Assembly (NCBI GenBank): GCA_937897365.1
Contig: CALCOP010000126.1
Location: 1 to 49,091 of the forward strand
DNA length: 49,091 bases
From: an uncultured euryarchaeote
Lineage (GTDB): Archaea > Thermoplasmatota > Poseidoniia > Poseidoniales > Poseidoniaceae
Direction of reading: 5' to 3'
Of this stretch, positions 34,347 to 43,383 are shown piece by piece (the first letter of the stretch is position 1; every line of letters begins with the position of its first letter). The notes under the pieces were generated by a model. The model searched no databases and was not told where the DNA came from. It saw only the letters and a list, made by a program, of their open reading frames with translations. The position numbers and the translations under genes were made by a program.

Positions 34347-37300
34347 TCACCACAAAAGGGCCAAACCACTGGCGATGGCGGTCGTAATCGGTTCCACCAA
34401 GAGGATGTGTCGTGTCTCAACACTGTCTCCAGTAAGTGAACCAATGAGTGAAAGGTCAGTAACCATACCGTTTACTCCGAACGATGAAGCTGTTGGAATT
34501 GGACCGGTAAACTGAGCATCGAGCAAAACTGCACGACCGCTGAACGAAAATCCTTCAAGGAATCCTGTCATGTAATAGGGTTCAACGGTTGCTTCTGAAC
34601 TGGCAACAATACGTCCGTTTGTGATGTCATCAAGAACAATCACTGGATATTGGAATGGACCCATGTAGACATGAATTGTAGCCGATTTAAGGTCCTGTCC
34701 AATCACCTCAATACGATCGATAGTCACACCTGGAGTCGAGGGTAAGTCGGTTTGTTTGATGTAAAGTCGACTTACGCCTTGGCCTGAAGATGCAACTCTC
34801 ATCCCCCAGTCATCTGTGGTCTGAAGAACGAAGGTCGAAGGCAAATCTTCTGCCAACAGCAGCACATCGCCTTTGAAATCTACAGAACGCCCTGTGGCCT
34901 CAAGATACAAATCCATATCATCTGTGTTTGATTTGTAATCCAATTCCATCATTCCTTGGAAAGATATATCTGCGCGGATATCGAAGTTGGAATTGGGTTG
35001 CGCAGCGAGCGCCATTTCACCCGGCAAATCACGCATAAAAACAGTTGCTGGCCACCAAAATCCATCAACATAACGCATTTGCTGAATCATGAGTGATTGT
35101 GCTGAGTGACCATCGATTTGATATTGTGGAGGGACATCAACCTCGATGAGGAAAATATCTCCAACGGTTGATGAAAATGTCATCGCTTGTGGGACGTCAA
35201 CAATGAGCGCCTCTACACGACTTAGGGCACGTCTGTCGATAAAGACTGCATGAACAGAATCCAACTGCGTACCCAAATCATAACTCATATCGATTGACAC
35301 TCGAGGGACAGTGAGGTTATCTTGAGTAGAAAATAAGGTGTTTGCAAACACATTATTTGGTCCACTTGTATCAAGTCCTGCGATGACAATTTCCATGTCT
35401 CTGCCTTCTAAACCGTTCACAATGATGCTCATTTGTTGGCGCTCTGGCGTCCATTGTTCTAAGAAGAGGTCAAACTCATACAATGGAATTCCATCTCTCA
35501 TCCGGAAATCATATTCCAAAAGAATTCTCCCCGGAGGTAAATTCGGTAGCCATGAACGCAAATGCCAAGATCTTCGAAGCTCATAGGTAATACCTTGCTC
35601 CTCCCAAAGACTTCGATTTGCTCCTTCCATTTCTGATTCTAAAATAACACCGTCTTCAAGCGCCAAAAGGAGTTGTGAAATATTGGAAATATTTGCTGCA
35701 TCGGCTTCTTGTAATACCGCCTGATATTCGTCTTTAGAAATCTTGTAATCGGCTAACGCATCATTGACAATTGTCCGGCTCGAAAGAGTGAATGTAGGCA
35801 TTCGAGACAAGTTAAATGTCACCTTTGATGCTTCGAAAACTTCCATCCCAATACCGTGCGACCACTCCGGTTCCTCGAGAATGTTGGTTCCTTTGCGAAC
35901 ATCCATCGTCACATCAAAAGCCTCACCTGTTTGTAAATCAAGACCCAAAGACATGTTTTCATCGCCGGTTTCAATGCCCCCCAAATCAACGATTGTCGAG
36001 TAGACAAAGTCGTTGACTAAGGAACCAAAGTTCACCAAATCTCCAAGGAAAAATGAAAGAGCTTGGACACCATCGCCTTCATCAAATGTGGGTAATTCCA
36101 GACCCGACGAGTCAACTCCGCTCGGATAGGCAACAGTGATGTTGGCAGGTAACGGATCAATGGCGATTCGTCCATTCATGCCCTTGAAAGAGTCGTCATA
36201 TTCTGTTTCATCTTCAAGAAGAATATTCATCGGCGAGGATTGTGAACGAAGTAATTCAATTCGTGAATTTCCTTCCGGTCCATTTGCACCTGGGTCAAGA
36301 GGAGAAAGACGCCGAATGCTTGTTACATCTGAAATTTCTGTGCTTAAACTGGTTTCTCCAGTCGCTTCGTCAACCCAGAAGCGGAAATGGTCACCATCCA
36401 TGGTGAAAGGTTGTGTAGCGTTGGTGAGTTGTACTTCTATCGATTCCATCGGCGTTGCAGCAACATATCCGACGGTATCGCCGAGAATCAGTTGGAACGA
36501 AGAGGGGAGGCCGTTCAATCGAATTGCATTACGTTGGCCGTCACCATCCCCTCCATAGGTAATCGTACCTATCGGACCTGATGCGGCATACGTGAGCGCT
36601 TCAGCAGTTTGTGTCACATTGAAAGTACTCGGACGGTTTGAAAGTGTCGCCGATTGTTGATTTGCAGAAACAATATCACCGTCATCATGTAAGATATGAC
36701 CAATCAAAAATGGACCACTATCAACACCTTGTAATTCCATTTGACGAACATCGTTGATTGGATCATAATCATGGGTGACGCTTGAAATTCCGCCTATTCG
36801 GGCACTCATAGCCACAGGAACCAATGGTTCTTGCAGCCCTCCAATTCGAGAGTTTACTTGCTTAATGTTCGTATCTTCGGAGAGCAAAATGTGATCAATA
36901 TCCGGCAGCCATGGTTGGTCACTGCTTGAAATTGCAATTGAAACAGAACCTATTTCCATGGGTTCACGAACCGAAGTTGGGAGGCTTTGCTTGACTTGAT
37001 TGTAACAATTAAGCCTCACTGCTCCACCTGTCGCACCGGCTGTTCCCACAATCGACTCGGGGAGGCCGTTCACAACATCACCTACATCGAGAATCACCTC
37101 GACAATCGTCAACAGAGCGTTATCGAAGACCTGAGCAATTGTATTGAGATTTGGATTATCATAATTCACGCGACTCAAGCCACTTTCTGGAATTTCAAAA
37201 CTACCCTCGACAATGATCACCTTCGGTACATTCGCAATGCTCAGTTGAATGGATGAAGAATCGCTTGCATAACCACCGCGCATGAATGTTGATTTGTAAT

Positions 37301-39050
37301 CCAGGAAGTCAATCGATTCGGTAGCTACAATCGCCACTAAGGTATTGGGCGGATTGGCAGGGTTGACTGGAAGTGTTGGATCATCAACATTGTTCAAGCT
37401 ATCACCGGAGAAATTTTTGATAGCAATAATCATGGAGAGACGACTGGGAATGTCTCCTGGAAGGTCGGTACCTCCAGGCTCCTCACCAATCATCGTAAAA
37501 ACAGCCGCAATTTCATCAGGATGTAATGTACCCGACGGCAAACCACGAATCCAAGAGCGAGAATCCGTTACATTTCCGAATGGCGAGTCACCTTCTGTAG
37601 TGTTTGAACGATCTTCGAAATAATGAAGATACATATCTGCACCGATATCGGAGAAAATTTCAACAGTATCGAACGTGTTTTGTCCGAGGTTATCATTACG
37701 TAATGTGATGTCAACTTCGTTTGGAATTCGAGTTTCACCGACCTCTGGATGGAAACTCGCGTCGATGTATGCTGTCTCAAGTATCGGGGCTGTAGTACCT
37801 CCACCATAACCATCAAAGCGAATAAATCCAACACCGAGTCCAAAACCACATTTATGGTCGTGGCTGTGTGCTTGATGGTCAAGAATTGGGTCGTAATATG
37901 AAGTTCCGTCGTTACAGTCTGATTGTCGATTTGAACTGTCAGCGTCTGGATTTGAAGCGCGAATAGCGTAAGGCGCTGAAATCGATGTTAAACTGAGTGC
38001 TGAAGCATTGATTTGTCCGGTGGTGAGTGAACTGATGAATTGCAAAACATTCGTGATAACAGCATTGACACTAAAGGTCATTTTCTGAAGACCAACTCCG
38101 AGCGTGAATTGATGAGGAGGTTGGGTGAAACGGGTGTCAATAATAACTGCATACGATTCTGAATCATCAAGAGTGAGATCAAACGCCAAACCTTTCATCA
38201 AACTCACTTCAAGATGAGACATGTTGTTCCACAAGAAGTCGTTTTGATTGAGAGCGGTTACCTTCCACTGGAAAGTCGGTCGTATCCACACCTCTTCGAC
38301 GCATGGAAGGGTTGCAGGGGGGATGCCACAATCACCTAATTCAATGCCAAAGCCATCTCCTTGCGTGATGATTCCTTCGATCGTCAAACCGACCGAAAGA
38401 TCGTCGACTGAGTCGCCATCGATATCGATGTAATTATTGAACAGGACAATTTCAGTGCCAACAAGAAGTTCACCGGTAAAGGTTCCTTCAACCCATGCTT
38501 CATGAGACGGACCGTTATCCCTCGATGAGAAGTTTACATACACGGCATACGTGTTAATTCCAATTCCCAACGGGTTGTTCAGTCCGAGTGATTGAACTGA
38601 AAATAAGGTCTCAAACAAATTGTATGGCCAGCCATCAGGCTGCGTGGAAGCGTCCATGAGAAATTCATACGGGCGAGGGTGGTCGGCGACAAATGGTGAC
38701 GAATCCCTCAATTCCAATCCGTCAAGATAACCGCTTGCTTCCGAGAGCGGGTCTGTTGAATCAATCGGCCTTTGGGCAAGGTCAACGGCATTCAAAGCAT
38801 CGATTGCCCCCTGAGAAGCAACACTCGCCTCGTCATTGTCCGTGCGTTTAGATAATGTATCATCCAATTCATCCAAGACCCCGAAGTCGTTCCGAGAAAC
38901 AGAAAGGTTCGCACTGGCAGGCTGTGTCAGTGATATTAACATCAGAAAAACGAGGAGAACCGCCATTCGGCGCGGGTCAGAATTTTGAGGCAAACCAACG
39001 CGAATTAAGCGCGGTTGACTCTCTACCATGAAAGAAGGATGACCCCCCAC
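34347..39050 (-). CDS. Giant secreted protein (about 1540-1567 aa) with no domain I can recognise
   Basis: An uninterrupted 4.7-kb ORF. Signal-like DPRRMAVLLVFLMLISLTQPASANLS. Possible starts are GTG 39050, ATG 39029 and ATG 38966. Acidic, beta-rich, with recurring xLPxxhxhxh segments. Short hydrophobic C-terminus PITTAIASGLALLW. Confidence 0.7.
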   Translation of the reverse strand: MGGHPSFMVESQPRLIRVGLPQNSDPRRMAVLLVFLMLISLTQPASANLSVSRNDFGVLDELDDTLSKRTDNDEASVASQGAIDALNAVDLAQRPIDSTDPLSEASGYLDGLELRDSSPFVADHPRPYEFLMDASTQPDGWPYNLFETLFSVQSLGLNNPLGIGINTYAVYVNFSSRDNGPSHEAWVEGTFTGELLVGTEIVLFNNYIDIDGDSVDDLSVGLTIEGIITQGDGFGIELGDCGIPPATLPCVEEVWIRPTFQWKVTALNQNDFLWNNMSHLEVSLMKGLAFDLTLDDSESYAVIIDTRFTQPPHQFTLGVGLQKMTFSVNAVITNVLQFISSLTTGQINASALSLTSISAPYAIRASNPDADSSNRQSDCNDGTSYYDPILDHQAHSHDHKCGFGLGVGFIRFDGYGGGTTAPILETAYIDASFHPEVGETRIPNEVDITLRNDNLGQNTFDTVEIFSDIGADMYLHYFEDRSNTTEGDSPFGNVTDSRSWIRGLPSGTLHPDEIAAVFTMIGEEPGGTDLPGDIPSRLSMIIAIKNFSGDSLNNVDDPTLPVNPANPPNTLVAIVATESIDFLDYKSTFMRGGYASDSSSIQLSIANVPKVIIVEGSFEIPESGLSRVNYDNPNLNTIAQVFDNALLTIVEVILDVGDVVNGLPESIVGTAGATGGAVRLNCYNQVKQSLPTSVREPMEIGSVSIAISSSDQPWLPDIDHILLSEDTNIKQVNSRIGGLQEPLVPVAMSARIGGISSVTHDYDPINDVRQMELQGVDSGPFLIGHILHDDGDIVSANQQSATLSNRPSTFNVTQTAEALTYAASGPIGTITYGGDGDGQRNAIRLNGLPSSFQLILGDTVGYVAATPMESIEVQLTNATQPFTMDGDHFRFWVDEATGETSLSTEISDVTSIRRLSPLDPGANGPEGNSRIELLRSQSSPMNILLEDETEYDDSFKGMNGRIAIDPLPANITVAYPSGVDSSGLELPTFDEGDGVQALSFFLGDLVNFGSLVNDFVYSTIVDLGGIETGDENMSLGLDLQTGEAFDVTMDVRKGTNILEEPEWSHGIGMEVFEASKVTFNLSRMPTFTLSSRTIVNDALADYKISKDEYQAVLQEADAANISNISQLLLALEDGVILESEMEGANRSLWEEQGITYELRRSWHLRSWLPNLPPGRILLEYDFRMRDGIPLYEFDLFLEQWTPERQQMSIIVNGLEGRDMEIVIAGLDTSGPNNVFANTLFSTQDNLTVPRVSIDMSYDLGTQLDSVHAVFIDRRALSRVEALIVDVPQAMTFSSTVGDIFLIEVDVPPQYQIDGHSAQSLMIQQMRYVDGFWWPATVFMRDLPGEMALAAQPNSNFDIRADISFQGMMELDYKSNTDDMDLYLEATGRSVDFKGDVLLLAEDLPSTFVLQTTDDWGMRVASSGQGVSRLYIKQTDLPSTPGVTIDRIEVIGQDLKSATIHVYMGPFQYPVIVLDDITNGRIVASSEATVEPYYMTGFLEGFSFSGRAVLLDAQFTGPIPTASSFGVNGMVTDLSLIGSLTGDSVETRHILLVEPITTAIASGLALLW

Positions 39051-39077
39051 TATGAGAACCCATCCCCGTTATGCGTG

Positions 39078-39114
39078 AAAAATCAACTTATTTCGCATAC
39101 CGCCCTACGGGCGG
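39078..39114 (-). terminator. GC-rich hairpin plus T5 run between the PKD-protein gene and the giant ORF
   Basis: CCGCCC-TAC-GGGCGG at 39100-39114, starting 5 nt after the stop at 39120. On the minus strand it is followed by GATTTTTCAC (A-run 39078-39082 on plus). Confidence 0.4.
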
Positions 39115-39119
39115 AATAA

Positions 39120-41582
39120 TCACAACGAAACCGTTGTATCACGTGAACAGGTCGGACAAGCGACAACAATCGCATCTGCGCCCGGTGGGATTTGAACATC
39201 AAAAATAACTCCACAGCCATTGCATGTTACGCTCCGAGTGAGGGGTTCAGGTTGTGTTTCGGATTGGGTGATATCCTGAACGACTTTTGGAGATGTCGCC
39301 TGAACGCCTTCAGGAAGTGAGACGCCCCCACTCTTTACCACAGTTTGCGGTGCAGAAGAAGTGTATGTTTCACCACTCATTTGCGGAGTCTGCATCGTTG
39401 GCTGAGTCAAGGGTACGGGTGTTTCATCGTTAAACAATGCCAGAGCATCAGCAGCAGCGGCTTGACTGCCCTGAGAAATGGTTTGCTGAGTAAATGAAGG
39501 AGGTGCAAAACCGCTGTTCATTTGCGTTTCACTCGGTGTCTGTTCACCATAAATGGCAGCCATCTCCGCAGCCTTCTCTTGCTCAAGTCTCGATGATGAT
39601 GACTGAACTTCACCTGCATCAAGTCCGGCAAGAACAACCGCTGAAGAAAACAGAGGGATTTTGCGAGTGCTCGCAACCGTTGCCATGTGGGCTTCGGCCT
39701 CCAATTCACTCAATCCCCTTCCAATCAACAACTCTTTTGCAATTCCGTTCTGCCAGCGTCGATGTCCAAGTAGAGCAATCCCCATCGTGAGAGTTCCGAT
39801 AAACAGGACCATGAGTAAAATTCCAGCAATACTCCCCTTTTCCGGAGGCGCTTCGATGGTGATGGTAAATGCATGACTATCCGAGTTATTCGATTGATCA
39901 AAAACGGTTACCACCACATCATATTTGCCCGCCTTAGAAAATTCAATTTCCGTTGAAGAACCCGTTTCGTCTGCATCATCTCTTGGATTGCCATTACTAT
40001 CTAAATCAACATCTGGATTAAGGTCCCAATGATAACGTAAAACCGATTCTGAGTCGTAGCTATCGGTTGCTTGAACGACGAAAGTCATGGCGTCACCAAC
40101 CTGGCCAGTTGATGGAAGTTGGTCAAGACTGGGTCGTTCCAGAACAGGTTTTGTCGTGTCAGTGACAAGTAATGTCGTAGAAATACTGTTGGAATTACCA
40201 GAGGCGTCGCTCACCGTTAGCATGACTTCATGAGTTCCGATATCAGCCCATGAGAAAGAAACTGAACTGTTCTGTCCATAAGGGGAGCCGTCTAAGTTCC
40301 ACGCACACATGCTGATGAGATGGTCGTCTGAGCTTCCATCGCAATTGAGGACAAGAGTATCACCAGTGTTAAGTTTCCAACCCCCGGCAATTGGCTGCCC
40401 GTTACCTCCTATGCGTGCGACTGGATTCATTACATCAAGAACAGAAATTACCGAGCTTGTTGATGCTGATGAACCCGTTGGAGAGGACACAGTTAGTGTA
40501 ACTGTGCGGTCACCGGGTGTGTTCCAAATGGCTACCGCATCCCAACCAATCGCATCTTGGTCATTGGTAAAATCGCCGTCTGCGTTCGCATCGACTTCTG
40601 CATCAAAATCCCACGATGCGGACGCAATCTGATTCAATCGGTTCGGCGTTGAATACGCATCGAAAGTCACAGGATTACCAACTGCAGTGGTTGAGTTACT
40701 GTCATCGGAAAGAATGGGATTTAATTGGGGTGCAAGTTCAACACGAACAGTCATCCTCACGTGACTTTCGCCATTCGCTCCACCAACCGGTGTATCGGTA
40801 TTGTCGGCAATGAGAATCAACTCTTCGCCGTCTAATTCATTTGGAACAATCCACGAAAATGAGGAAGAACCGTCAATCGATTGTAGCGATGCCCCTGTGA
40901 TGTAGAGGGAGCCGACGCCTCCGGACGAATAGAGATCGTTCATGGCTCGAGTTTGCAAATAAATGTCACCATTTCCTTCGAGCGACCATGCAGTAACAAC
41001 GACACTGGTTCCCGCATCAAGTTGCAAATCATCTCCCGAAAGCAATGTTTCAGAGGAGGAGTTTTCAATGGCAATAAGGTTGTGAAACGGCGTCCAATAA
41101 GAGTCCGTTAATTTAGAAATCGTCAAACTTGCACGACTGTCAACTCCACCTTGGTCACCCATTCCTTGGTCACCGGAATGCGCTGTATTGTCAAAGACGA
41201 TGTACCATGCTTTGGCATTGATTGAGGCGGGTACTTGCCAGTGGAATTGATAACTTCCGAGGGCAGATTCTGTCGAAGGTATCTGTTCGAACAAATTACG
41301 ATACGACTGTCCAAGGTCGTAAGGTTGTATCGAGTTTTGGTCAAACACCAAGACATCCAACTCATCTTGACTCACGATAATGGAAAGATCGTAGACGTCA
41401 CCGGGCGTTAAAACCCCGAGATTAATTTTGATGCAAGCGCCATCACCGATGACCGTCGCGCTGGAAAATGAACTCGGCGTGTCGTTCAAGCAGCCGGGTT
41501 CAGCACGACCTTGGTCTGCTAAAGTGGATGACGGAATCAGCATCACACAAAGTAGGATTGCGACAAGCACTGAGGAACGCAT
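39120..41582 (-). CDS. PKD-domain surface protein with a TM helix and a 214-aa cytoplasmic tail ending in a zinc ribbon
   Basis: ATG 41582 gives MRSSVLVAILLCVMLIPSSTLA (signal). PKD-type repeats (WDFDAEVDANADGDF...GDRTVTLTVSS; WNLDGSPYG...GTHEVMLTVSDASGN; WDLNPDVDLDSNG...GKYDVVVTVFDQSNN). TM helix IAGILLMVLFIGTLTMGIALLG. C-terminal CNGCG-x18-CPTCS. Confidence 0.8.
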   Translation of the reverse strand: MRSSVLVAILLCVMLIPSSTLADQGRAEPGCLNDTPSSFSSATVIGDGACIKINLGVLTPGDVYDLSIIVSQDELDVLVFDQNSIQPYDLGQSYRNLFEQIPSTESALGSYQFHWQVPASINAKAWYIVFDNTAHSGDQGMGDQGGVDSRASLTISKLTDSYWTPFHNLIAIENSSSETLLSGDDLQLDAGTSVVVTAWSLEGNGDIYLQTRAMNDLYSSGGVGSLYITGASLQSIDGSSSFSWIVPNELDGEELILIADNTDTPVGGANGESHVRMTVRVELAPQLNPILSDDSNSTTAVGNPVTFDAYSTPNRLNQIASASWDFDAEVDANADGDFTNDQDAIGWDAVAIWNTPGDRTVTLTVSSPTGSSASTSSVISVLDVMNPVARIGGNGQPIAGGWKLNTGDTLVLNCDGSSDDHLISMCAWNLDGSPYGQNSSVSFSWADIGTHEVMLTVSDASGNSNSISTTLLVTDTTKPVLERPSLDQLPSTGQVGDAMTFVVQATDSYDSESVLRYHWDLNPDVDLDSNGNPRDDADETGSSTEIEFSKAGKYDVVVTVFDQSNNSDSHAFTITIEAPPEKGSIAGILLMVLFIGTLTMGIALLGHRRWQNGIAKELLIGRGLSELEAEAHMATVASTRKIPLFSSAVVLAGLDAGEVQSSSSRLEQEKAAEMAAIYGEQTPSETQMNSGFAPPSFTQQTISQGSQAAAADALALFNDETPVPLTQPTMQTPQMSGETYTSSAPQTVVKSGGVSLPEGVQATSPKVVQDITQSETQPEPLTRSVTCNGCGVIFDVQIPPGADAIVVACPTCSRDTTVSL

Positions 41583-41627
41583 GCACTGCTGTAAGTCGTT
41601 AACCACTTCAATGATGTGGCCGTTTGC

Positions 41628-42758
41628 TCAAGAAGTCCATCCATCGCCAGCCCATACAAGATGGCTGATATCTCCCGTTTCTGAAATAATTATTCGGTCA
41701 CCATCCATTGCGGCGGAAACGGATATTTCATTGGAACCAAAGACATCTTTTGCTTCAGAAAGAGGGATTTCAGCGTCTTTGAGTCGGGCACTAAAATGGG
41801 TCAGTACAAGGTGACGGGCGTTGCAAGCGAGAGCGGTTCGAGCGGCTCCTGTGCTCGTACTATGAAGAAATTCATCTGCCCATTGCTGAGCCTCATCGAT
41901 GAATGTTGATTCGTGAACCAAGACATCGGTTTGAGATATCGATGTAAGCCCAGTCGCCATTTCAGCAGTATCACCTGAAATGACCATTCGTGTGGCTGGA
42001 CGGTCTTTTCCACGGAAATCTGATGCTTTGAGTGGTGTTCCGTCACTCATCTGAATATCGATTCCCGAAGAAAGCTGAGCTTTCTGTTGGTCGGTTAGTT
42101 TCAGCTCCGCTGCTTTCAACCGATTGAACTTCCCAGCCCCTCCCTTCGATTCCAACATCCAAGCGCACGAGGGAACCGAGTGTAGAGTCGCAAGAGGTTG
42201 AATGCGATTCTTCTTCCAACCATCTGGTTGAGGCATAGAATCAAGCAAAACACATTGGCCATTGCTACCCATTTCCAGCCATCGATTTGCAGGAACATCA
42301 CCCAGAATCCAACGAACTGCATAACCTAAACTTTCAGTGGTAGCGCCGAGTTCTTGCCAACTCTTGATTTGTCGAGCTAATTCTGCACTTGGTGCTGATT
42401 GCGGTATGCCTTTTTTGTCCAACAAAGCGTCAAAAACCTCTGGAGAAGTGGGGCCGATAACCATGATTGGATGTTCTCGTTTATCCAGCGACATAGTATG
42501 CATCCAGGGAAGTACCCCCCAAGTGTGATCTAAATGTCCGTGTGTCAAACAAATGACATGAACACGAGAAGCGCGTAAAGTGTTTCCTTTATCATATGAT
42601 TTCAATCGTTTGCGTTGCATGGCATACCGCGTCTGAAAACCTTCACCTGCATCGACGACCATGATTCCATCGCCGCATTGAACGAGACTTCCACTGACCT
42701 GTCTCCTTCCCGTTGGACGGGCCGAAGAAGTTCCAAGAATGTGTAATTCCATACGCAC
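41628..42758 (-). CDS. rnz: Ribonuclease Z-like metallo-beta-lactamase fold hydrolase
   Basis: MELHILGTSSARPTGRRQVSGSLV...VVDAGEGFQTR, the HxHxDH motif LTHGHLDHTWG, and C-terminal LVHESTF...HLVLTHFSAR. Longer than typical archaeal RNase Z (376 aa). Confidence 0.7.
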   Translation of the reverse strand: MRMELHILGTSSARPTGRRQVSGSLVQCGDGIMVVDAGEGFQTRYAMQRKRLKSYDKGNTLRASRVHVICLTHGHLDHTWGVLPWMHTMSLDKREHPIMVIGPTSPEVFDALLDKKGIPQSAPSAELARQIKSWQELGATTESLGYAVRWILGDVPANRWLEMGSNGQCVLLDSMPQPDGWKKNRIQPLATLHSVPSCAWMLESKGGAGKFNRLKAAELKLTDQQKAQLSSGIDIQMSDGTPLKASDFRGKDRPATRMVISGDTAEMATGLTSISQTDVLVHESTFIDEAQQWADEFLHSTSTGAARTALACNARHLVLTHFSARLKDAEIPLSEAKDVFGSNEISVSAAMDGDRIIISETGDISHLVWAGDGWTS

Positions 42759-42767
42759 AACTACACC

Positions 42768-43127
42768 TCAACTCTGTAGTGGTATTGGAGTTGGAGGAAA
42801 CCAACGTAGCAAAACAATTCGATCTATGGCCCGAACCCAGCGCCAAGGTACTGCGACATGTACTGATCCTTCAACCAAATCCTCTTCTGTATCTCGAACA
42901 AATAAGTGGGTACATGACATTCCGTTGGCATCAATCACTGCATCGTGAACCACGCCTAAGCGTCGACCATCGGGTAAGAAGACCTCAAGTCCAGTGAGAC
43001 GGGAGACAGATTCTTCACCCTCGACCATGATATCCCTTGACGAAGCCACCAGTCGAGGGGCAATAAAAGAACCCCGAGATTTAACCAAATAATGTATATT
43101 GGAATGGTGGGAAAAACATTCGTTCAT
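42768..43127 (-). CDS. PRC-barrel domain protein
   Basis: GLEVFLPDGRRLGVVHDAVIDANGMSCTHLFV resembles the PRC-barrel core. The true start may be the internal MVEGEES. Confidence 0.5.
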   Translation of the reverse strand: MNECFSHHSNIHYLVKSRGSFIAPRLVASSRDIMVEGEESVSRLTGLEVFLPDGRRLGVVHDAVIDANGMSCTHLFVRDTEEDLVEGSVHVAVPWRWVRAIDRIVLLRWFPPTPIPLQS

Positions 43128-43152
43128 ATACTACAATATGTGATTTGACACC

Positions 43153-43383
43153 ATGGCACTCACCTGCAACATCAACGCTGCTGGAAAAGCTGCACGCTTG
43201 AGAGTAGGGATTTTGGCAGTCGCTGGCGGCCTCGGCACGGCTTTGCTCGTAGCTACCGGGGTTTTACCCTCAATAGGCTGGATAGCCGTAGCTGGAAGCA
43301 TTGCAGGTGGTTGTTTTTCGATTTGGGAATCACGCGCTGGATGGTGCGTCGTTCGAGCAATGGGATTCAATACGCGCCTGTAA
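43153..43383 (+). CDS. DUF2892 (YgaP C-terminal-like) small membrane protein
   Basis: 76 aa. NINAAGKAARLRVGILAVAGGLG...two TM helices...GWCVVRAMGFNT matches the DUF2892 layout. Preferred over the overlapping minus-strand ORF 43131-43406. Confidence 0.6.
   Translation: MALTCNINAAGKAARLRVGILAVAGGLGTALLVATGVLPSIGWIAVAGSIAGGCFSIWESRAGWCVVRAMGFNTRL

Noticed and set aside
38967-39050. Treating the first 28 codons of the giant ORF as certainly coding
   Set aside because: The start is ambiguous. GTG 39050 and ATG 39029 give a long n-region with an RR pair. ATG 38966 gives a bare hydrophobic start but leaves room for a TATA-like CTTAATT about 35 nt upstream. I kept the maximal ORF and flagged the alternatives.
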